Positions 30,392 through 42,380 of a DNA stretch of 64,000 nucleotides are shown one piece after another. The number at the start of each line of letters is the position of its first letter. Position 1 is the first letter of the stretch. This stretch comes from the human T2T-CHM13v2.0 reference genome, Homo sapiens. Where the stretch lies: the NCBI RefSeq assembly GCF_009914755.1, contig NC_060932.1; one strand, written 5' to 3'. The notes beneath the pieces are model-generated. The model was given only the letters and a program-made list of their open reading frames with translations. It ran no database searches and was not told the origin of the DNA. A program made the translations under genes and the position numbers.

Positions 30392-30834
30392 TGTATTAGT
30401 CAGGATTCTCTTAGATGGACAGAACTAAGAACTATACGGGACAGAACTGTACATATATATAATGGGAGCTTATTAACTCACACAATCACAAGGTCCCACA
30501 ATAGGCTGTCTGCAAGCTGGGGAGAAAGGAGAGCCAGCCTGAGTCCCAAAACTGAAGAACTTGGAGTCCGATGTTCAAGGACAGGAAGCATCCAGCACTG
30601 GAGAAAGATGTAGGCTAGGATGCTAGGCCAGTCTCTCCTTTTCATGTTTTTCTGCCTGCTTTATATTTGCTGGCAGCTGATTAGATTGTGCCCACCAGAT
30701 TAAGGGTGTATCTGCCTTCCCCAGCCCACTGATTCAAATGTTAATCTCTTTTGGAAACACCCTCACCGACCCACCCAGGATCGATATTTTGTATCCTTCA
30801 ATCCAATGAAGTTGACACTCAGTATTAACCCACA
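30392..30834 (-). promoter_or_regulatory. HERV-L 3' LTR (MLT2A1/2)
   Basis: TGTATTAGTCAGG...GTTGACACTCAGTATTAACC on +; one TGATTAGATTG site (30678-30688); intact minus-strand GTGAGT at 30481-30476. Confidence 0.93.
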
Positions 30835-31264
30835 CACATACACTCCTTGTCAACTTGAACCCATATATAGCTCCTGAGATTATACATAATTTTCAAATAA
30901 AGACAATAATAAGGTCATAATTATGCCTAATGTAATACAACTATCCTGCATACAACTGGAAATGCACTAATCCCCAACCCAAATACTATTACATGAAGTT
31001 AACAATACTTAAATGCTGATATGAAGGCAATAAATCTTATGTCACATGATAAAGGAGAAAGGAAATAAGATGATGATATTTTCTTAGTACGAGCGTATAC
31101 ATGCACAAACATTTTTTTAAAAAGGAGGAAATACGGCAATTACAGTCCTCATTTCTGCAGCTGGTCACGTGGTCATGGCTGGTATTGATGACTACCATCT
31201 TCTACCACCCATTCTGTGTCCCCTTTGCCTTCAGCAAGCCGTGGATTTTTCCTAGTGGAGGGAC

Positions 31265-31620
31265 TCAAACGTTCATTCCTGAAGGGTCTGGGTCATTTGT
31301 AGTCCTACCTGGATTGGGCTGTTGTAGTGTTCTATGGACCTTAATCACAGGGCATGTTAATACTAAGAGATGCCCCATTAGATCTCCATGCATTCTCTTC
31401 CTTACCTCCGTTGTGGAGTAGTAGACTGATTTCATCTGATAGTCCGGGTCAATCACCCCAGTCAACACTGTAACTCCCTTCCTAGCTTAAAGGTAGGAGG
31501 AGCCCAAAGTGTCAAGGTGGCAATCTTAACTTCCAGTTTAATGGAATCATTGTTATGTCTCCTGGTGGCAGCATTCCTCCCTCTGGAACTAAGACCTCTA
31601 GGCCAGCAGAATGTAATGTC
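31265..31620 (-). pseudogene. dut: HERV-L dUTPase remnant
   Basis: 'AGLEVLVPEGGMLPPGDITMIPLNWKLRLPP' and 'LTGVIDPDYQ' downstream of integrase, the characteristic ERV-L position; broken by stop/frameshift. Confidence 0.8.
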
Positions 31621-34070
31621 GCAGGAACAGGAAGCAAGTATGCTAATGGATCCCTAGGGGCGATGGTGAGTGGTGCCACTTTCGCTTCTACACCTCGATT
31701 CCTGGACCTGTGAATCCTGGCTATGGGAGAAATAGTACCATATATTGGATGCTGATTCAGAGCATACACAACCTTCTGGAGAACTTTACCCCAGCCCTGC
31801 AAAGTATTGTCACCTAGTTGGCATTGTAATTGTGACTTCAAAAGGCCATTCCACCTTTCTATCAATCCAGCTGCTTCAGGATGATGGGGAACATAGTAAG
31901 ACTGGTGAATTCCATGAGCATGAGCCCACTCACTGTCGCACTTCTTTAGCTGTAAAGCGAGTGCCTTGGTCAGAGGCAATGCCGTGTGGAATACCATGAC
32001 GGTGGATAAGGCACTCCATGGGTCCATTGACAGTGGTCTTGGCAGAAGTATTGTGTTCAGGATAGGCAAACCCATATCCGGAGTAAGTGTCTATTACAGT
32101 GAGGACAAACCTCTGCCCTTTCCATGATGGAAGAGGTCCAATATAATCAACCTGCCACCAGGTAGCTGGCTGATCACCCTGAGAAATGGTGCCATATTGA
32201 GGGCTCAGTGTTGGTCTCTGCTGCTGGCAAATTGGGCACTCAGCAATGGCCATAGCCAGGTCAGCCTTGGTGAGTGGAAGTCCATATTGTTGAGCCCATG
32301 CTTAACCTCCATCCCTGCCACCACAGCCACTTTGTTCAGGGGCCCATTGGGAAATGACAGGGATAGCTGGGGAAAGAGGCTGAGTGGTGTGTACAGAGTG
32401 GGTCATCCTATCCACTTGATTATTAAACTGTTCCTCTGCTGAGGTCACCTGTTGGTGAGCACTCACATGGGATACAAATATCTTCACATTTTTTTGACCA
32501 CTCAGAGAGGTCCATCCAACATACCTCTTCCCCAAATTTCTTTGTCACCAATTTTCCAGTCATGCTTCTTCCAAGTCCCTGACTGTCTAGCCAAACCATT
32601 GGCTAACAGTCCATGAATCAGTATATAATCGCACATCTGACCATTTCTCCTTCCATGCAAAGTGTACAACCAGGTGCACTGCTCAAATTTCTGTCCATTG
32701 GGAAGATTTCTCTTCACTGCTGTCCTGCAGGGATGTCCCAGAAAGGGGCTGTAGTGCTACAGCTGTCCACTTTTGGGTGGCGCCTGCATGTCGTGCAGAA
32801 CCATCTGTGAACCAGGCCCTAGTCTTCTCTTCCTCTGTCAACTGATCATAGGGAACTTCCCATGAGGCCATCGGTGCAGGCTGGGGGAGAGAAGGAGTGG
32901 AGACCATGGGGATTTGAGCCACTTCCTCATGTAACTTACTTGTGCCTTCAGCCCAATCATGTATATACCACCTCCATTTGATGATGGAATGCTGCTGTGC
33001 ATGACCCACTTTATGGCTACATGGGTCAGAAAGCACGCAGTTTATGATAGGCAGTTCAGGTCGCATGGTGACTTGATGACCCATAGTCAAATGTTCAATT
33101 TCCACCAAAACCCAGTAACAGGCCAAGAGCTGTCTCTTAAAAAAAGAGTAGTTATTTGCAGAAGATGGCAGGGCCTTGCTCCAAAATCCTAGAGGCCTCT
33201 GCTGTGATTCACTTATGGGTACCTGCATCCCTATCTGCCTCTGACACCTCAAGCACCATTGGATCTGCTGGGTCATGTGGCCCAAGTGGCAGAGCAGCTT
33301 GTATAGCAGCCTGGACCTGTTGCATAGCCTTCTCCTATTCTGAACCCCACTTAAAACTGGCAGCCTTTCAGGTCACTAGGCATTGTGCCTCTTTCTTGGT
33401 TGTAGGAGGGGCCAAATGCAGCAACTTCTCCTTTACCTTAGAAGAAATATCTCAACAGGCCCCACACCACTGGACCCCTAGAAATTTTACTGAGGTAGAA
33501 GTTCCCTGAATTTTAGTTGGATTGATTTCCCATCCTCTGGCATGCAAATGTCTCACCAATAAGTCCAGTGTGTTTGCTACTTCTTGCTCACTGGATCAAA
33601 TCAGCATAATGTCATCAATGTAATGAACCAGTGTGATATCTTGTGGAAGCCAAAAGCGATCACGGTTTCCCTGAATAAGATTATGACACAAAGCCAGAGA
33701 GTTGATATACCCCTGAGGTAGGACAGTAAAGGTATATTGCTGGCCTGGCCAGCTGAATGCAAATTGCTTCTGGTGGGCTTTATGGACAGGAATGGAGAAA
33801 AAGGCAGGTGCCAAGTCAATGGCTGCATACTAGGTACCAGGAGATGTGTTACTTTGCTCAAGCAATGAAACCACATCTGGTATAGCAGCTGCAACTGAAG
33901 TCATCACTTGGTTTAGCTTACGATAATCCACTGGTTCTCCAAGATCGATTTGTCTTCTGCACAGGCCAAATGGGAGAGTTGAATGGGGATGTGGTGCGAA
34001 TCACCACCCCTGCATCTTTCAAGTCATTGATCATGGCACTAATCTCTGCAATCCCTCTAAGGATGTAACA
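31620..34070 (-). pseudogene. pol: HERV-L pol remnant (RT, RNase H, integrase)
   Basis: RT 'LPQGYINS...VHYIDDIMLI' (33596-33814); RNase H 'AWFTDGSA' (32683-33285); IN 'CPICQQ', 'WQVDYIGP', 'IASDQGT', 'LIERWNG'; split over several frames. Confidence 0.93.
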
Positions 34071-34450
34071 TTATTTTTGATTTACTATTTTTCTAGGTAG
34101 AGGCAGCTCTAATGGCTTCCATTTGGCCTTTTCCACCATAATAGCCCTCACCCTATCAGTCAGGGAGCCAATGTGGGGGTTCTGCCAGCTGCTAAGTATG
34201 TCTATGCCAATTATACATTCTGGCACTGGGGAAATGACCACAGGATGAGCCTGGGGACACACTGGACCCACTGTAAGTCAGACCTAAGCTAAAACTCCAT
34301 TAATTACCTGACCTCCATAAGCCCCTAGTTTAACTGGGGGACCACAGTGACATTTTGGGTCCCCTGGAATCAACATCAGCTAAGAGCCAGTGTCCAGTAG
34401 TTCCCAAAATTTCTGATCATTTCCCTTTCCCCAGTGCACAGTTACCCTGA
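34071..34450 (-). pseudogene. pro: HERV-L protease remnant
   Basis: Minus strand of 34380-34410 reads FWELLDTGS* (aspartyl protease motif followed immediately by a stop); 'PVPECIIGIDILSSW' downstream. Confidence 0.85.
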
Positions 34451-34557
34451 TAAAAGGCTGGAGATCTCCTTGGGGAAGGATGGGAGAAAGATTCACTGCA
34501 TAAATTGTTGGTAACATAGTAGGGTCCTTCCTTAAGGGGACCCAGCCTCTCCTTCAT

Positions 34558-36240
34558 TCAAGCGGTTCTGGGTCTGTAAACAGACTCAAGTCTGGAAATT
34601 GATTGAGGGGCCATGATTCTGTTTTTATAATTCAAGTTAGGCTTTTGTCCATTCAACCTAGAAGCTTCCTGTTTGTATAATTTAAGTAGGAATGCAGCAG
34701 GCTTCCTATCAATTTCACTTCTACGAACACCATGATTAATTAGCCAATGCCAGAGCTCTACACGAGTCAGACTATTCTGATTGCCACTTTGCCTCTGCTG
34801 TCCATTACAGTAGCTACACCCATCTTGCCTGTGACAGTTGAGTGCTGCCACTTAGTCCCTGCCACCTCAAGATCCAATTATTCCCATTGTATTTAAATTT
34901 TGTAGTTGAGTGACTGCGGTTCCCACTGTTAGATCTGACATATAGAACAGAGCAATTATGGGGCTCTACAAAGATGCAGGTGCTGCCCTCACAAATATAT
35001 TTCACAAGGCATTGGTCAAGGACCTCCCAGCTGTGATGAGTAGGTCTAAAGTGACTAATCCACTCTACCATCCCAATTTCCCTAAGCCTTTGAATCCCTT
35101 CCCCTACATTAAACCAAGGGAGATCAGGCATTTCCAGCTCACTCACAGTGGGCCATCTTTTAATCCATATTTCAGATAACTGAGCAAATAAACTATTAGA
35201 ACCTTTTTTTTAACTCCCCAAATTGCAATATTAAATGCAGAGTCCCTACATAGTGGGCCCAAATAAATAAATTCAGCCTGACCCAATTCTATGTTCCTTC
35301 AACCATTATCCCCTACCCTTAATATCCATTCCCATGTCTGTTTTCCAGATTGCTGTTTATATAAATTAGAGATCTCAAACAGTTCTTTTCGAGTGTAGTG
35401 CACCTCCTCATGGGTCACACTCTCAACCTCACCTCTAGGGACCCACTGGGACTTTAGCCTAGTTATAGGTCTAGAAGCAAACAGAGATGTTGGGGGTGCC
35501 TTCTGAGTGGAATTAACATTATCTTGCCTGAGAACCATTTCAGGGGAGGCCATCACTGTTGCCTTAGGCAGTGAAGGGTTTATCTCTTGAGACAAAGGTG
35601 GAAAGGCTGATGGCAGCATGGGTCAGGGAGAGGATGTTGCCCCTCCTGGGATGGGGAAGCTGTTCCTTCTGGCAAAAAAGTTCATCAGAGTTTACAAACT
35701 CAGTGTCCCTGCATCAGGGTCCTCCCACGTGTCCCCATTCCAAGTTTCAGGGTCTCATTCTTTTCTAATCAATGCCTTCATTTTAACAGTAGACACCTGG
35801 TGAGGCTGCGCATGCACTTTTCATTGCAGGTCAACCACTTGCACGACAAGAGCTTATGTCTGATTTTCTACAATTTCAGCTGTTTCTCTACAGGAGATAA
35901 GACTCTCATTCAGGGCAATCTTAGCAGATTTGAGGCTCAGTATCTGCTTCCGAAGCTGGAAGACAGAATCCCTGGGTTCATCATTTTCTTTCATCACTTT
36001 GCCCACTGAACTTAGGAGCAACCAAGCAGTTTCATTATGTTCCTTGGTTCTCCACATATGGTCAAAGGTATTATCTATAGAGTCACTAAACTCCTTGCCT
36101 CTCACAAGTGGTGAATCAGGAGTGTCAAATGCATTTATTTTGCATAACTCTCTAAACAGTTCACGCCAAGCACAATCAGTGTTCTCCATACTATTAGAAG
36201 TAGAGTCCTTAGGATTTTTGCATCTAAGCATATTAAGCAC
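34558..36240 (-). pseudogene. gag: HERV-L gag remnant
   Basis: Fragments 35854-36240 ('WRELFRELCKINAFD...WLLLSS'), 35299-35619 ('YKQQSGKQTWEWILRV'), 34814-35146 ('GIQRLREIGMVEWI'), 34558-34851 ('LWHWLINHGV'); multiple stops/frameshifts. Confidence 0.88.
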
Positions 36241-36304
36241 CCAACTCTAGAAACCCCAAAACCAATGAAAGAACTCCATACTTAGTATTCTGTTCCTCTA
36301 GAAT

Positions 36305-36318
36305 CACTCCTGGTACCA
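36305..36318 (-). other. Primer-binding site (tRNA-Leu type)
   Basis: Minus strand TGGTACCAGGAGTG just inside the 5' LTR. Confidence 0.85.
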
Positions 36319-36323
36319 AAATC

Positions 36324-36933
36324 TTTATTATCCAGGGTTCTCTTAGAGGGACAGAACTCAAAAGAGAGATATATTTATATATATAATACATATGTATAAT
36401 CTATAGATATATTTATATATCTATATATAAAGGGGAGTTTATTAAGTATTAACTTATATGATCACAAGGTCCCACAGTAGGCTGTCTGCAAGCTGAGGAG
36501 CAAGGAGAGCTAGTCCAAGCCCCAGAACTGATGAAGTTGGAGTCCAATGTTCGAGGGCAGGAAGCATCCAGCACTGGAGAAAGAAGTAGACTGGGAGGCT
36601 AAGCCCATCTCTCCTTTTCACATTTTTCTGCCTACTTTATATTTGCTGGCAGCTGATTAGATTGTGCCCACCAGATTAAGGGTGGATTTACCTTCCCCAG
36701 CCCACTGACTCAAATGTTAATCTATTTTTGCAACACCATCTCATTTTTCTGCCTGCTTTATATTTGCTGGCAGCTGATTAGATTGTGCCCACCAAATTAA
36801 GGGTGGATCTGCCTTCCCCAACCCAATGACTCAAATGTTAATCTCTTTTGGTAACACTCTCACAGACACACCTAGGATCAATACTTTGTATCCTTCAATC
36901 CAATGAAGTTGACACTCAGTATTAACCATCACA
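36324..36933 (-). promoter_or_regulatory. HERV-L 5' LTR (MLT2A1/2) with 121-bp internal tandem duplication and (TA)n expansion
   Basis: Homologous to 30392-30834; block 'catttttctgcct...aacac' at 36621-36736 and 36742-36857. Confidence 0.95.
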
Positions 36934-39900
36934 ATCACCCAGTTTATAGCTTGGAAATTGAGAATGCTGGCCCTAGCAATAGAAACAGTGAAGTTAGGCT
37001 GAGAGCAAGATTGGAAAGAAAAATGGAGATTTTTGTTTTAAATCTCTGAAGTCTGAGGTGACATCAAAATGCACATATAGAAATGACCTTTAAAAATCCA
37101 TAGTTTTTTTTTGTCCAAACTTGCCTTTGAGTTCAGTGAAATGGAAAACTAATATGCTATAGATTAAAAATGAAACTATCTTAGTGACAGCTGTACAGAT
37201 ATCTGTTTCTTTGCAAGGTTACTGATGGTGAGATGTGAAAAATTATGTGAAAAACTCTATTTGCTGAATAAAAAGAACTCACAAATGTTTCTGTGGGATA
37301 GACAACACAGATCACATTGAAAATGGAGCCTTTTCGATTGTTTAGTTTAAAGCAAAAGAAGTGATGGAAAGTTTTCTCCGTGCTGGAAGTTTTTAAAAAG
37401 GAAAGCGTTTTCAAAGAAAAGCTACAGTGTATATGCTTCTAATTATAATATTATGAACAAATGTTTTATAAATAAAAACAGAAGTTTTTGAAAATGTCCC
37501 AAATACTGAAGATGTATGGAGTGCATGGTAAATGTGGAATTTTTTAAAAATAGAGAATAATTTAACAGGAACATCAATGTCTAAGAATAAGTTATTTAAT
37601 TCAAATAGTTACTTTGAGAATTTACTTATAGCGTAAAATAAGAAATATTAAGTGTTTATTTATGGATATTATTATATTGTGGCCTATTATTGAAGTTAAA
37701 TACATTTCTTTCTCAGATCAAAGTCATCTACAAATAAAATACATACATATATATATATTTATATATCACCTTTCTTGAAAGTATGCTATATTGGAGAGAT
37801 TATATTCTAATATTTTAAAATTGTATGCTTGCTTTGATTGAAAACATATGAAGACATTTTTGCAAAAAGAAAAACATTCTTAAATAGTACTTCACAGCCT
37901 CTTCTTTCAGCAAGCAGATGAACTGTGAAGCTTTGTTTAAAGATTTCATTACTGATGTATTAAAATGTATGAAAGATTATTACCTATATGGGCAAAATTG
38001 AAAAGTTACAGCTATTTCAACAATTATTACTTATTAATACTTGAAGTTTGGTCTTTGTCGGCAGATGGGAAATGATGAATACCTTCAAAGTAAAATAGTG
38101 GAAAGGCAATAATTTATTACTTGAATGGTAAAACCCTGCTCCCAGATTTCAATGAGCCTTTAGCAGGTCCTCTGAATAATTCCTACCCTCCTGCTTTTTC
38201 TTCTTGGTCAGCACTTCTATAAATGCAAGGGTCCTCTGACATCGTTGCAGAGCCCAGTATCACCCTGATGCTTCATAAAGTTTCCAAGGATGGCAGAAAA
38301 TAAAATGACAAATAGTAAACAAAGTAAAGCAAAACATGTTTTTCAAAATGAAACAATCCCTTCTTCATTTATGCAGTTTTTAGAAGAAAAGGAAAGAGAT
38401 GACTTTTCAAACACATTTTCCAACATGGTAATATAGTTTGGAAGAACATTTTTAAATTAAAACCAATCAAAGTAAGCAAAATAAATTCAAAAGCAGGAGT
38501 GGGTAATCTTACAAACCAATGGCTTTGAGTCATCAACATCTTCCAAGTGATATAGTACCATGTGACTTCAGCAGCTTTCAGGACAGAAACTATGAAACCA
38601 TCATGGGTTAGACAAACTATTCAAATCTGGTGAATCAATTTTTAAAGTTTCAGTGCAAATTCAAGGGTGTGAATTTCCTCTTCTCCCAGCTAAGTCTAAT
38701 TGAGAGTGAAAAATCATAGCAAAATCAGTGTTTGTTCAGGATTTTATGTATCAGGCATAAGAGGGACTTCTCTAAGAGATTGACAACCTCACATATACAA
38801 GCTCTCACACACCTAGAAAGCTAGGTAAGAGGTAGGATGAAAAAAGAGAAGTTTCTCATGGCACCTAACCCATTCTTCTTAGATCGGCTAACAGCTTTTC
38901 TGTCAGACTAGCTTGGGGTGCTGCCTCGGGAAAATCAGTCATTTTGCTGGGTAACAAAGGAAATGAAGAAGGCTAGAAAATCTCACTGAATCTACGAAAT
39001 CTAGTTCGTTCTTTGAAACAGTAAAAAGGGCTTCCCACATCATGTCTAACCATACTGGATAGGTACACTGGTTTTTCAAAGTCCTGGTGCTGATGCAGGA
39101 TCACTACAGATTTTAAACTCTACAAATCTCATGACAATTAACAGATTTAGCGAAATTCAGAGCCTGCCTATTCAGAAGATTCGTCACTACCAATATCAGT
39201 GCTAACGTAGGATGAGAGGTTTATGAATACACAGAGCACTTTGGAAGCTTACTTACCACCTGAACAATTGGGTGGCAAAATGGCAAATGACTTACTTTTA
39301 CAGTAGTAAGCAAAACATTTGTCCCATGTACAAAGTCAGTTACAAACGTTACCAGGAAGGAATTGGGACCCTCACCAATTAATCTGTCCTTGTGACACTC
39401 TTACAATTTCTACCTTATAATAATTTCTGTACCTGTCTGATCTCCCTAGAAGATAACGTGCTATAACAGAAATCTAGGATTACAGGAGAACAGATCTCTG
39501 CTGATTTGCCATTTTCCTCACTGGCGGCTGCACGGCTCTCCCTTTGCTGGGATGCTGGCTTGGATGATTTCTCTGGACAGTGTTTCTAAAATGAGCAGAG
39601 CTCTCTCCTTACTGTTATTACACTTTCTTAGTAGGCTCCGAAAGTGTATTATTCTTTCAGTATTTCTACTGAAAACGTTGTACCATACATTGCTGCACTA
39701 CTATACTGTTACTACAACTCATGACTGACGTTGCTCAGTTTCTTACAACCTACTGTCTCACAGAAGCTGGAGATAGTTTCCCAGACTGAGCAGACCATAT
39801 TTGATTAATACCCCATAGTATCATATCCAAAAGTTTTTTGCTTTTCCCCACTGAGGGAAATGAAACTCACTGAGACGATATGAAACACATCCACCCATAC

Positions 39901-41144
39901 CAGTAATGTCAGGTGTTGCTTATTTACTATGGCACTTCTTCCCACAGGGTCTTCATAGAACCTCTGAATCCCCCTTAATACAAATATAGAAAGAAACAGC
40001 CAATTGATTGCATATTGATGCATATATTCAATATGCATATGAAATATATGTCCTTTCATAGGCATATATTTTTTAAAAATTTTACTCCAGAATGGGTTCC
40101 TTGCTATATAAGGTTGCAAGCTCCAAAACTTTAAGGCATCCTGTGTATTCATTGTTCAAGAGTCTTGGTTCTGGGAAATAATGGTAAGTCAGACAGTGTT
40201 TCTTCCAGGCGGTCCTTGGGTTTGCCTGAATAGAGAACTTTTGGCAGCCTGCCCTGGCATGGCAGGGCTCCTCACGTGTGTTAGTTAGGACATCCCCTCG
40301 GACTTGACCTAAGTGAGAACTCCTAAATATTAACATTCCTGCCGAACACAGGTTGAAACAGTCACTTGCTGACCCTTGGCTAAAGACTAGATACTTCTTG
40401 TTGGCTCATAAGAAGTGAGAATTTTTCTACCAGGATCCTGCTTCATTCCCCAGCCATTTTTGAAATGAATTTCAGATGCTGCTTATAGTTCAGAATCAAA
40501 GCTTAAAATTAGAGTTGGGCTTTCTGATCACCCAACATGAAAGCTACATTTGATCAATGCATTTCTAGGTTCATATACCCATTTTTAATATTTTGGTCAG
40601 AGATAGGAACATCACAAAGCACCCTGTGGCTCCCATAAACGGACCCTGTGGACTTACTGTGCTTCATTGTTCCAACAGGAAGGAAAGAGAAAGGGGAAGA
40701 AAAGAGAAGGAGAGAGAAGGGGTGGGGGGAGAGGGTAAGAGGGGGAGTGGTAACGCTAAGAAGGGAGGGTATGGAAAAATGGAAAGATAATCATGAGAGT
40801 GATGCTACCAAATGCCTCTCCTTTATTCCTACAGTGTTCGAAGATTTCTCCCCAAACCATTAGCCCGTGGATATAGTCATTCATTTTTATTGTGATTTTA
40901 TCATTTCTCCTTCACTAGTTGTGAATATTGCACAATTAGCACATTTCTGAAAACCCTGATGGCCATGTCCTCAAGCTTCCTCCCCAGTTCCTGGAATTTA
41001 CACTGTAGGACCTCAGCCTTATTTCTGTCTGTGGTTTTGGTTCCAGCTCAGATTCTGACTACAGTGGCGTCCCCTCTCCTTGGCGAATACCTTTTTTCTC
41101 CTTGTGGTGATGTTTCCAGTCCATCTTGAGGAGTCATAAAGTGC

Positions 41145-41366
41145 TATTAAAACAGTCATCCCTCTTAGCCTGTCCTCGGTAGTCATCACACAGTATTGCT
41201 ATTGTCCAGGGGTTGGAGTCTGAGGCTGAGGCTGAATCGGAAAGTTGGTTTTAGTATCCCAGCAAGGCCAGGGAAAATAAATTCCCGAGCGAGAATATGG
41301 CTCGGCGTCAAGCAGCTGGAGAACCGGCCCGTGAACAGGATCCAGGGGCAGATTATTTGGGTGAGT
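41145..41366 (+). promoter_or_regulatory. Candidate promoter / first exon in unique sequence
   Basis: TATTAAAA at 41145-41152, 8 CpGs in ~145 bp, first downstream ATG in strong Kozak context (aatATGG, 41297), donor TGG|GTGAGT at 41360/41361. Confidence 0.4.
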
Positions 41367-42189
41367 GTGCATGGCTACGAGACATCAGTTTCATTTGACT
41401 AATATGTTCTTTTCCATCCAATTGAATGGATTACCACAGTGTCAAATAAATAATATGTTGCCACATTTGGCCCAACAAGAAAAATTCTGGGTATCAATAA
41501 GCAAGTGTAAGACCACATGAAAGCCTGACTGTGTTTGAGGAAAACAGGCAATAAACCCTCAGGTATCTTGAAACTTAGACATTTTTCTTGTCAAAATGTT
41601 CTAGGAGCCAAATTTGTGGGGTCCCTGCTGCTGTGACAACACTCTGGTCTCTGAAGCTCATCCAACATGGCTCCCGTCCCAATTAAACCTTAGGTATTCG
41701 TGAAGGCAGCCACCAAGGTGGGACAATGGCTCATTACCCAATTCAAAATGCATTCGGTCAACATTTATTAGATGCCTACTGGTTGCCAGGCACAGAGGTG
41801 GCATCTGGGGCTGCAGGAAAGGATAATAGGGGTGAGAAGGAATAAAAAGTGAACATGGCACAAACTCTTGGTGCACATTCTAGTGGGAACACAGACACAT
41901 ATCCAGATAATTCTATAAAAGAAATATAGACAAACTTCTCAGGAAACAGAAGATGGGCATAGGTTGGCCGACTGGAAGACAGAGAGCCTGGGGATGTCTC
42001 CACAAAGCAATGACATTTGGGCTCTGCCTTAAATTGTGCTGTTCTGATGCAATGTTATTTTCAGAATTGTAAAATGTACATTATAAACTGCAATAAATTT
42101 CCCCCACACCCTTCTCACTCAGTAGCACAAATTAGCATCAATGGCATCTTATAATTGAGCTAGACAAATAATAAGAAAAATAAGACAAG

Positions 42190-42380
42190 AATAACAAGCA
42201 CTATTGCAAGCATTTTACATATGTTGGTTAGTTAATTCCGCTCCCAAAGCATTTTCTGTGCTATAGGTACTGTCTTTACCTTATAAAAGTGAAAATAAAG
42301 CAGAGAGAAGTTAAAAAATTACCTAAGGTCACACTGCAAGGTCAAACACTGTAGTATGTACTTTAGACCCATTCTTTCAC
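42190..42380 (+). mobile_element. MIR relic (region 41750-43700 is a mosaic of L2 and MIR fragments)
   Basis: 'aaataaagcagagagaagttaaaaaattacctaaggtcacac' MIR core. Confidence 0.55.

Larger units (their letters stand above)
30392..36933 (-). mobile_element. HERV-L (ERVL) provirus with MLT2A LTRs, near full length, coding-defective
   Basis: Two homologous LTRs, perfect 5-bp TSD ATCAC (30387-30391, 36934-36938), Leu-type PBS, gag-pro-RT-RNaseH-IN-dUTPase order on the minus strand, no env. Confidence 0.97.

Noticed and set aside
31512-36240. Possibility of a replication-competent ERV or a domesticated Fv1-like gag or dUTPase
   Set aside because: All genes are fragmented (longest piece 200 aa, stop right after the protease DTGS motif); no intact ORF supports co-option
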